Source: Dimorphilus gyrociliatus (taxonomy: Eukaryota > Animalia > Annelida). Taken from it: a stretch of 64,000 nucleotides of DNA. A program made the position numbers and the translations under genes. Shown piece after piece: positions 50,901 to 61,694 of this stretch; within the stretch, counting starts at the first letter, position 1; every line of letters begins with the position of its first letter. The stretch is from contig CAJFCJ010000031.1 of NCBI GenBank assembly GCA_904063045.1, positions 343,503 through 407,502 on the forward strand, in the 5' to 3' direction. The notes below the pieces were generated by a model. That model saw nothing but the letters and a program-made list of their open reading frames with translations, made no database searches and was not told the origin of the DNA.

Positions 50901-53900
50901 CAAACTCTAGCGACGAACAAAAACAAACGAAAGAGAATCTTTCTGTCCGCTTCATTGAAGCAAACATTCTTTTTCATATACAATACGACGTCTTTTTTAC
51001 GAATCTCAGTAAATCTCCAATCGACTCTGACAGCTCAGATTATTGCCGTCTACTCGTTGATCCGTTGGATTAAAATAAAGCTTTATCCGATTGTTTGTAC
51101 TCAGGAGAGTTCTACTATTCAAAAGTCACGAATCTTCTTTTTATGATTCTATCCTCCTTTTCCATGTTTGATTTTCACCTTAAAACCCCCCTGATTTCCC
51201 ATATCCACCCACTCCTCCCGTGCCACCTTTTTCGAACACTAATACTCCCCCAATTCACCCAGAGTTAATACTTCCTTTTTTTATATTTTTTTTATTTTGT
51301 ATACGTACCGTACAACTTGTACACATGTACGATATTTACTTTACAATAAAATACATGTGCGTTCAACTTTTACGCACTTTTACCTTTATAAAATTGGCAT
51401 TTTTAATCATAAAAGGGAAACATGACGCGCATTAATAATTACCGTTCAACAAAGCTGTTTATCGAATAAAAATGTAATTTACATTTTATTTTCACTAATA
51501 TCTCCCCTTCCCTCTACCTTTACTCCCTCCCATAGGATTTTTCTTATTTATTCTCTTTTCCCTACTTTTTTTATCTGTTTTTAATTTTCCCCATTTTCCC
51601 GCCAATAAATATTCTTTTTTAGAATATTCTTTAATTTTTATCAAACATGGGATTGATCATGCAAAATTACCTTAGCTAAATATTAATTTTACACCCTAAT
51701 ACCTCATTGAACAAAATTTTTTTACCTTGATCGCAGATATAATGTCTTTTATGGAGCAATTACCCGTAAATTCTCCGATTTCTTTCGACCCGTGATACTG
51801 TAAAGGGACGAGAAAAAATATTTAAAAAACGAGATATAACGCCATCTGTATCATTTTAGAAAAGTAATCTTTTTTTTTACTACGCCACCTATAATTGAAT
51901 AAAAAGTAGAGAAAAGCATTTAATGTTTAAATATATAAATAGATGGAAAGAAATTTTTGACAAAGGTGAAAGTATAAAGAATAAATATCTACTTACTTGT
52001 ATCAAATACTTGCAACCACCCGAAAGGAATGAATTGTACCTTCTTTCCCATTCTTTCGTCTTATCGCGACCATTTTCCAACTGTGTTGTTCCGTTAAGCT
52101 GGATATGAGATGAATGAATACAATAATAATAAAAATAAAAATAAAAAAACAGATAAACAATGGAGGCTAATAGGAAAAGAAGAAACAATGGCAAAGAGGG
52201 GAAGAAAAAACAAGAGAGTGAAAGGATAAGATAATAAAGTGAGAAATGTTAAAGAAAATTATCATAATATTTATAATAAAAAAAAGAAAGAAGAAAAAAA
52301 AGAGAGAATATCTACCAGAGTCACGTTCTTAATCGAATTAATTGATTCAGCTAAGTAATTCTCTCGGTTGTTTTCTTGCCTGTGTAGCCTTTTCTGTTGA
52401 TTACTTTCACTATTTCTCTCCTACATCGAAATATATTAGCGTAAAAATACTCTATTCACATACCCAATCGAATCAAAACTCACTCGATCGTTAAAAATCT
52501 TCGAAAGGGAGACAATCATCCGTTTCCGGTGACCTATACAGGGAACTTGTAATACCTGTAAGCCCATTAAATGAAAATCCCCCCAAAAAAGAAGTGAGAA
52601 TAAGTGATTGAGAAAAATCTTTTATTATTAAAATCGGCCTATAAACCCTACTTACCGAAGACATTTCAACCTCTGGTCTCAGGGAGCTAAAACCATTCAT
52701 CTCAAAGAGTGGTAGATATTCGGTTAATGATAAGAGGTCAAGCCAATCATGAACAGACTCGGGATTTTTAATTACTGTTGGAGAAGAAAAGATAGCAAAA
52801 ACAAAAAGAGAGAGAAAGAGAAGAGAGAGAGAGAGAGTTAAAGAAGAATAATTAGTTTAAAGAATCAACAAGTAGTTTACTTTGAAAACTTGGTCGATTA
52901 GCTACTGCTCTTAGTATTTTCTTCCGATGGTTTGAATTAAGAATACCAATTTCTAACAGTGTATCATCATCTACAAACTCCGGGCACTGTTTGTGAATAT
53001 TTAAACCAACATATTAAATTTATATGAAATATGAATAAATTATATTTACAACCAACCATAAAATCTAAATGATCAAATCCATTAGTAATAAGAATTTGTT
53101 CGTAGTGATGAGATAGATCAATAGAAGAGAGCCAAGATAGTAGAGAATTATCCGCTAAGAGTAATGAATAAAAAAAATAGTAAATGAGCAAAAAAAGGGA
53201 AGATAGAAATGAGAAAAAAAGGAGAGAGAAAGACATAGATTATTGAAATAGTATAATTAATTATATGTTATCTATATCTACCAGGATCTAGAGAGCATTG
53301 TAGAGAACCGAGGGATGCGACGATACTATCAATCTGAATGATGAGCAAATTTCTGTTATATATCAATTTTGGTTTGTATACCAATTGTATACCTCTTTCC
53401 ATGTCGATTCTCTATCAAAAAAATATTCATTCGACGCCATATCATTAGTGTAAGTAGACGCCGTTTCTATTATAATAGAAAGAGAAAATTTATAGGCAAA
53501 TAAAAATAAATAAAAAAGAGAATTTATCCGATTACCAAAAGATGGCGATAGTGGAGATGTTGCAGTAGAGCAAGTCTATACATTTTGTCCAATGAATAGG
53601 AACGGTGGTAGGAGAGAGAGACAGAGAGCAAAAAAAAACAAAAATGGGTTTTTTAAAATCACTTTGACATTAAATAAAATTTATTGTTACATCTCTTTAA
53701 TATAATAAATTGTTCATGATTACATCACAATAAAGAGTTGTAAGAATAATTATGGAAATTAGGGAAACCTTGGGTTGTAATTGTAAATGTTCCGATATAA
53801 TTGAGATTGCAGTAGCTGGAGATGGAGGTGATTCGATATTTTCGGTAATTGTATTCGAAACGGTATTTAATAACAATAATGAATCAGGCCTAGTGGCTAT

Positions 53901-54993
53901 TTGATTAGTAGAATTCGAACTATCTGTTTAGGAGATGGAGAAAAAAGAGAAAGAAAAAAAAAAGAAATTAATAGATCCCTAATGATAATTGACGCTTCAC
54001 CTGTTATATTCCCATTCGTATCTTCATTCGAGGGCGTCGAATAATTAATCAAGTTGTCCAGTGTCGACACGCACGACTGGGCATAGTTGTTATTACTGTT
54101 GCTTAGGCTATTTATCGAGTTTATATTCATCCCTAATTAGTTATCTGAAAGAAAGGTAGCTCAATTATAGATATTAGCACAGATTATCCACCTACACACA
54201 TGCAAACAGAGAAAAAAAAGTAATATAATAATATAGATATTGTTTAAAAAGATTTCAAAATATTAAGGAAATACCTATACACTCTCTTCTTTACTTTCTA
54301 TCAAATGACCAAAACGGGATGAAGTAGTTTGTCAATACATTAGCTTCAACTTTAAAACGATTTATTGATTAGAAGCTTGCTATATGATGCTATCTTTATA
54401 AGCGCAACCATATACGTGCATCAATGATTGAATCATTTTCCATTAAAAACGGATGATTGCATCAACCGTGTTTGGCTTTGTAAACAATTTTTTTTTTCGG
54501 ATAGATAACGCTATACAAAGGCGTTAAAGTTTATCTATCTATTTCATTTACATAGATTCAGATAGTAGAACATATAGACGCACGAAACAAACAACAACAA
54601 TAATAACATTTCCTAATGTTTGTTACCATATAGAGAGGAATATAAAGAAATAGAATCTATCTTATCCTGCCCTTTCTCTCTAACCCTCTCCTATTCATCT
54701 TAGATTACTTTTTTTTACTTCTTTTTAAATAGAATACTTTGGCAATAGGATTAATATTAAGTGAATGCGTACGTTATTAGTTTGCAGGAGACGCGCCGAT
54801 CAATGTGTTAATCGTATTCATATTTTAATAACAAACAAATATAATTTTTAAGGATGATAGATCTCAAAGAAAAAGATAAAATTCAGTAGCTAATTAATAT
54901 CTAACAATAAATCTAGTAATATTTAGAAGAAACGCCACGACTTACCGTTTACATGGAACAACGGCATCCTACTGGATCTAGTGGTAGTATTGG
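47913..54993 (-). CDS. ANKS1: ANKS1 (Odin/AIDA-1)-like adaptor, SAM-SAM-PTB, at least 500 aa; no ankyrin exons found in the window
   Basis: Minus-strand exons 54993-54946 (tentative, ATG 54967), 54132-54001, 53923-53769, 53575-53536, 53466-53393, 53333-53282, 53154-53057, 52986-52881, 52774-52656, 52555-52464, 52379-52316, 52098-51997, 51797-51726, 48846-48631, 48071-47913; phases are consistent. Motifs: WKEIDSIVASLG; SAM1 WLSSIDLSHHYEQILITNGFDHLDFM..EIGILNSNHRKKILRA; SAM2 SVHDWLDLLSLTEYLPLFEMNGF..IGHRKRMIVSL; PTB YHGS..ISFQDATNK..HDIRNV..QD..AYV..CHLF..EIILTLGQAFEIAYRLA. Confidence 0.9.
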
Positions 54994-55004
54994 CTAAAAC
55001 TTCG

Positions 55005-55178
55005 GTCACGTGATCAAATCGATCAGTGCCCTGCTCTCCCCGCTAGCTCGTTCCCCACATGATGTAATAGACGTAAGCCTTTTTTATTTTTTTAAAAGGA
55101 AAAAAAAAGCCAATAACGTGTTTTATTGAATGAATTAGTCCTCAGGCGCATTTGGATGTCCAGCATAAGTGACGTAAC
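55005..55178 (-). promoter_or_regulatory. Candidate promoter elements for the ANKS1-like gene
   Basis: E-box GTCACGTGAT (55005-55014) and CRE-like GTGACGTAAC (55169-55178) in a GC-richer island immediately upstream of the most 5' ANKS1 exon found. Confidence 0.35.
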
Positions 55179-56214
55179 ACCCTGAGGAAACAGTATCGGA
55201 TGCCTAGGAATGGAGTTGCAAAAATGTGTCTTTATCGATCCATGTCTCGATGAATTGTTAGAATAGAGGAAGGGGGAGGGGTGATTTGGGTCTCTAGTAT
55301 TCTTTTTCTTCGAAAGACCGTATTAGTTGGGGATTTACTACCACGAAATTATTTTATAGCTCCACCTGGGGGAATTATAAATTTGATTATCACGCCATCT
55401 ACAGTTTCCAACTTTTCTACCTATTACTTCTTCCATCGATCAATTAAAACTAACATAAACTTCAACCAATAAAAAGTTTGTCCTTATTAATATAACAAAA
55501 TAGAGTGGCTTAATGAATATACAGGATATATTTATAGAGCTAGAGAGGAAGTTAGGAAGAGAGAAAGGGGAGAAAAAATAACACTTTTGTCGTTCATGTT
55601 CAATGATTATTCTACAAGGAAGAAAAAAGAAACAAGGGATTAATTCAGCAGCCCTCTCCCCTGATTCCATTCGATTCTTATCACTTTCTTCATTACGGTT
55701 TCATTGAACCGTTTTATCCCCCTTTTATCCGCTTAGAAAATAGAACGAAAATGAACTTCTGCGACGGAATAGCGTAATAAATTTTTTAAACGATTTGATT
55801 ACTTTGTCGATTCATAAGAAAATCACCAAAATTAACCCTCGCCTTATTTAATAAATGAATTTTCCCAGCTGAAACTACTCTCTAACTATTACCCAATCCC
55901 ATGGTTACGTAACTAAATAAAATATTACGATTAAGGATTTAATGAAGAGAAAAAATATCTTTTGTCTAATCGCTAAAGATCTTGGAAACTCTTTTATCAA
56001 TTATTCTATTCTTTTTAGAATTTAACAAATTAAAGCGAAAGTATCCCTTTTTGTCTCTTTTCCTCTCCTTTACTCACTTTCTCTCTCTTTCTCTATTTCA
56101 TCCTGCTTAGAAGGAGAAGACGATTGATGAGATAATAATTAATTATCCGAAATAAAAACAAATCTTTAAATGTTATGCAGGAAGAAATTGAGAGAAATGA
56201 GAAAGACAGAGTGA

Positions 56215-56220
<6 letters not shown>

Positions 56221-56250
<30 letters not shown>
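56221..56250. repeat. (GA)15 microsatellite
   Basis: Direct reading. Confidence 0.95.
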
Positions 56251-56257
<7 letters not shown>

Positions 56258-59023
56258 GGAAAGTAAAAAAAATACACAAGACTCTAAGAAAGCAAGGTAG
56301 GTAACGGATAGACAGTATAAATATCAAACAAGAAAGAACTCCAAACTGGCCGGAAATCATTTTGTGGTTTAATGAAGGAATTCATCGAAGAGTAAATGAA
56401 TTCCCAAAGAGTCTTGGGATTTCAATTATATCTTTGAAAATTTAACCAATCTCTCAATAGAATATCAAATAGAATATTGAAGATATGTTTACGAGGGAGA
56501 ATTCTATCCCTATATTTTTTTCCTTACAGTCGTTGAAAAGAAGAAGAAGAAGAAAGAAATAGGAGGAGAAGCGAAAACAGGGGGAGACTTTTCAGTAATT
56601 ACTAGGCAAGCCACAAATTACATTGTACTTTATTATTTCGTTATGTAAACATGACTTTAAAGGAACTAATTGATATTTCCTACCATCTAAACAGGGTAAA
56701 TTATCAAGTGAAACTCAATGATAAAGAAACACTATAATTAAACAATCTTTCAAAGGTATTATGAAAGAGCATCTTACAAATTGTTAAATGATCGGCGAAT
56801 GAGGATAAAACTAGACGTATTGTATATAATACAATATAATAGAAAAGAAACATAACAATGGGCATCTCTCAAGGGAGTCTATAGGGAAACGATCAGGGTT
56901 TATAGAATATAGTTGAGGTACCTTTAAAACTATATACCGTGGATAAAACTAAACTTTTACGAATAATTACCCGCTTCAAAAGCACTAATAATAGGAAACT
57001 TTTATTAATACATTTTAATTATATCATTCATTAAATTGCAATTAATAAATAGTTTCCATTGTTACTTTCTTTTCTATGTACTGATCTATATACCATCAAT
57101 ATTCATACTTTGTTATCTAATATCTCATTATTATAACAATTAACGGTCAATACATTTCATATTTATATATTTTATTTGTACCTTTTTCAAAGATAATGTT
57201 AATAATAGAAGTAATATATACGTTTATTCAATATCATTTTTTATATGTTAATATAATATACTGTATATGCATGTATGCATGTATGTACGTGTTTATGTGC
57301 GTGTGCATTGTGGGTAAAAAATGAAGAAGGTTTGATTTTTTTTTTACCTTTTTATAAATTAAACAGAAAATTAATAGAAACAATAATACTCCCACAGTCG
57401 ACTTTAATATATTTAGCGTAGAAACTGGGCACTGTATTTTTCATTACAGTATGTATGTATATGATATTCTTTTCTTGTTCTTAACCTACATTCTATTCTC
57501 CCTCTCCTTAGTACGACCTCTCTCCTTCCCATTCCCCCTCTCTCCCCCGCTATTCTTTTTTTATATTTACCTATATGATAAAATAATCTTCAGGACAATA
57601 ATTAAAATACAGATTAATTGTAAGGTTAATTAAGAAGGATTGAATGTATAGAGATCTAATTCATTCCTTCCTCGATGTCATATAAGGTATGTTGATTAAG
57701 GTCGCCTTTCTAATTTAGTTAGTGTCTTTGTATCTTTGAAATTTGTTTTACTATTCTTTGTTTATTGAAGAGCTGGCAACGGGAAGGAGAATAGGAAGTG
57801 AGAAAGAGATAGACAGATAAATAGATAGAGGAAGAGTTATAGAGAGAGAGAGAGAAAGAGAGAGAGGAAGAAGGAGGGAGGCAATAAGAAAAAAAATAAA
57901 AGAGAAATATAATAGTTTATCTTGAAAGATTTTTCTCGACTTTGTCTCTTTTTTTAGTAAAGACAAAATCGAAATGAGAGACGGGTAGATTTAGTTGTCT
58001 CTTCCTTTCTCTCTAGTATTCTTTTTTTTACATATATTTATTCCACTTTTATCAATAAAGATTGAAGAAAGGGAATAATCAGAGAAATCTATAAGATAGT
58101 TGAAAGATATGCATAGGATTATGACATATCTATTTATAAATATATCTTTCATTTAAGATGATAGTCTAATTCCTCTGTGTTTAAATTAGTTAGGTAGTTA
58201 TTAAAAAAGGATGTAATTAATTTCTCATTGTTTTACTTTTCTCTCTCTCTCTCTCTCTCTCTTCCTGCCTGCCTATTTATATATCCTTTCTTCTTTTTTT
58301 AATTCTTTCTGTCCAGATCTGGATCTTTTGTCTCTTCCATTAAAAGGCTACGACACTTAACCGTTTAAGATTACAATTTTCCTATTCGCTGGTTACAAAG
58401 GACACAAACTTCTCATTCGTTACAGCTAATCTTATTAGATAATTTGAAGATAAGAAAAACATATTAGTAACTCCTATTCATTTCTCCTATTCATATATTG
58501 TTGCAAAGAATCTCTTCAATCAAGCATTGGGGAGTTTTAAGGGATTGGATAAATTGAAAATAGTAAATAAAAAAGTCTCTAACTCATATTAGGATAAATC
58601 CAGCTAATCTGGAATGTTTTTTTTTGTGTGAGACAAAGTGTGCGCTATTTTAAACAACTTTTATCCTATTGTATCTATCTTCTTAACCCCTTCTTCATAC
58701 CACAACTTGTCTTTGTCTTTACTTCATACTTACATATTCTTTTCTTTTCGTTCTTTGTCAATATTTTCCCAATCCTTCTGCCTGTCTGCTTGTTTTTGCG
58801 GTTGCTTCTGTCTCTGTCTCTTTCCCCTTCTCTCTTTTATGTTACTTCTACTTTACACTCTGTCAGTTCGTTGACAATCCCCGTTCCATCAGTGAGATTT
58901 ATTTTTAAGTATGTAAATTAATCAATGGTTGTATTATAAGGGATGAAATTAAAAAGTATACACTTCTTAATTGTGTCAATTTTTACTCTTATCTATTCTT
59001 CGCAGATAGAAGAAAACTCAAAA

Positions 59024-59320
59024 ATGAATTACACTGCTGACGAAGATGATCCTGACATTTTTAATCACCATAATGGTTGCAATAACCTAAAAATACAGTC
59101 TCAAAATTATACAATTCAAGGAGGATATTACGAAATCGTCCTAGGACGTCTTGGAGTTATTGGTTACGAAACGGGCACATTTATAGAAAATCCTTATCTT
59201 TTTGATCAAGACATCCTGATTATTCATGGAAGTCCACAATCTATAAATGAGGCAATAGTGAGAATAGAAAATATAATTGAGGAGAGAAGGAGACAGTTTG
59301 AAACTTTCGATGATGGGTGA
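59024..59320 (+). CDS. Small single degenerate KH-domain protein (98 aa from ATG 59024)
   Basis: The acceptor tattcttcgcag (ends 59005) precedes the ATG, so the 'signal peptide' in the ORF track is probably intronic. IVLGRLG(GxxG)..ETG..ILIIHGSPQSINEAIVRIENIIEE is a type I KH pattern with a shortened second helix. Confidence 0.6.
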   Translation: MNYTADEDDPDIFNHHNGCNNLKIQSQNYTIQGGYYEIVLGRLGVIGYETGTFIENPYLFDQDILIIHGSPQSINEAIVRIENIIEERRRQFETFDDG

Positions 59321-61092
59321 CTGATTGAATGAATATGTTATATATTCAGAAAGTGACCATATAAACGTTATCGGTCAAGTGACTTGAAAAAATAAAGTCA
59401 TTTTTATTGTTATTGTTTATATAGATGATCCATAAAGTGCTATTACGTTTTTCTAAATATTAAAATGTTTCATACCTATCTTTCTTCTAATTAATTACTA
59501 ATACAATGAAAGAACAAGTATAATGTCTTTATATATATACTGTATATATTAATATGTATATATACGTATGTTGAAAGAAAACATTCCTATTTGTCTAAGA
59601 ATACAAAAGGTAACAAAGAAGTTAATCAAGTTTGCATAATTACTCAATAATTAAAACAAGCTGCAAAATGTTGTACATGCCTGTATTTACATTTTAGGTC
59701 TTTTTGCTTAGTAATTTATTAACTATAAAAAGTTATAAATAATGGAGAGAGAATCGTCCCACAAAGAACATATTTATAAATTATTAATAGATAGATAGAG
59801 ATATATACAAAAATGAGTATACATTGAAAAAAAAGAAAGATAAATAAGATAGCAAAAGAGGTTGTGTGAAAGAAAATATAGGAGAGAAAACTCATACTCT
59901 TATCCTTAATTATGTATTGGATCTCAGCAGAACTTGTTTCTTTTTTAAGTTTAATACCATTATCAATGTAGTATCTATTTCATTTATTCTATTATTATGA
60001 ATAGGGTAAATCTCTTTCATACAGTTTTTATACGAAAAGGTTGATCTTATATACTGTATATATTGCGTTTTCTCAAGAAAAATGGTCGTTTCTTTTATAA
60101 CGTCTAATTTTTTTGTTACATACATCAACCGAATTCTCATTAGAACGTCAATCGTCACTTTTCTCTTTATCGAACAAACGCTAAAAATTCAATTTTAACT
60201 TGATAAACGGCCGTTTTAAATTAGAGATTAAGCAATAATCTTATAATTAAAATATTCTCTATTCCTCTTTTTAGCCATGTCTATAATCTAACTATATAAT
60301 AAGTACATTTTCATTTCTTGCGCATACCGCCGCAACCTATTATGAGGCGTCATCTACCGGTTCATAATGAAAATATGGTTTTTTGTATATTAGATGAAAC
60401 TGTACTTTGATAATCTTTTGATAAAAAGCAAGCCAAGTAAGTAATTAATCTTATTTCTATTAAATTAAAAATAGTTGCTTTCTTGTCTTTTTATACAAAT
60501 TATTAAAGTAAACAAAACAAGCAATAATATTTCAAAAGAAAACTCCCAGAAATATCAATAAATGAAAAGGAAAGAAAAAATGATTAAAGAAAACTCTTCA
60601 AAGTTTTTTCATCTTTTTCCCTTATCTTTCCTTTATAAAATGAAAAAAAAACATTCTGATAAAAGTGTTGTATTTTTGTTATAAAAAAAAAGAAAGAGAG
60701 CCAGCGAGAGAGAGAGTGGAAAAAAAGAAATTTTTCACTAGTACTGCGCGGTTTCATATTACATAGGCCTATATTGAACTACAAACTCTAAAGGTTTCGT
60801 TTGCAGTTGACAAACAACAAAGAAGGGATAAATTTTTTCTCTTCAACCCTCCAATCTACAATTTCGATGATATATCACTGCCTAACGATTATAGGCGCTA
60901 AAAAGGTATAGAATAATTAAAAAGAGATTATGGATAGCCAGAGAACCGTTTAAATTGAAAAAACTTGTACTTTTGTCTTCTTTTTTTAACTTCTAGATTG
61001 TTCGTTTCAAATGACGCATTCCAATAGATTTTATATTCTTTTCATTTCTTTTTTTTTAAATCAACAGCAGATATAGAGAGGATCAGTCAATA

Positions 61093-61594
61093 ATGAAGAA
61101 AGTTGTCAACATTCCAGTACCTAGTGGTATACACGCTTATCAAGTTGTCTCCCTCTGGGGTACGAATTTTTATTGAAAATATAGCTTTTAACAAACTAAA
61201 ACTATTCTGTATTGTATTATAAAAAAAAATAAAAAATAACATAGATTCAATCGTACCTGACGAACTGGTTGGAGTTGATGTTAGGCCGTTAGACGATGGA
61301 GTTGAATGGCTAGTTAGCTTTTGGATTGAAAAGGAGATGAAGACTGTTGTATCGAGATTAGTTAAAAATATTATTGAGATTTTTGAAAATGACATTGGAA
61401 TTATTATTCGAAAGATACCAATAGGAAAATTTGAATATGTGACAAGTGAAACAAAACTGAAGGAAGAGTTGACAAATGTTACAATAACTCCCCTAAGCGA
61501 TATACGAAGGAATGAAATAGTAATCGTTGGAAAACGACAAGACATTCACAAAGCTTTGGAGCATATTCATGAGATTTTAGAAAAAAATCGTTGA
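61093..61594 (+). CDS. Small protein with a degenerate C-terminal KH domain and a possible second N-terminal KH-like fold (exons 61093-61159, 61245-61594; 138 aa)
   Basis: A phase-1 GT..AG intron joins MKKVVNIPVPSGIHAYQVVSLW to DSIVPDELV.. and the track ORF 61337-61594. C-terminal EIVIVGKRQDIHKALEHIHEILEK is a KH beta3-alpha3 signature. No GxxG loop. Confidence 0.65.
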
Positions 61595-61627
61595 TTTTTT
61601 CTTTTAAACAGTTCTCTCTCTCCCTCG

Positions 61628-61630
<3 letters not shown>

Positions 61631-61690
<60 letters not shown>
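61631..61690. repeat. (CT)30 microsatellite just downstream of the second KH-like gene
   Basis: Direct reading. Confidence 0.95.

Positions 61691-61694
<4 letters not shown>

Noticed and set aside
47913-54993. ANKS4B/SANS (the SAM protein that binds harmonin)
   Set aside because: Tandem SAMs plus a C-terminal PTB with TLGQAFEIAY define ANKS1. SANS/ANKS4B have a single SAM, a PBM and no PTB, so no direct harmonin-partner link is supported.
58943-59005. Signal peptide MKLKSIHFLIVSIFTLIYSS on the first KH-like ORF
   Set aside because: It corresponds to a polypyrimidine tract and CAG acceptor, so it is most likely intronic; a secreted KH protein is also implausible.
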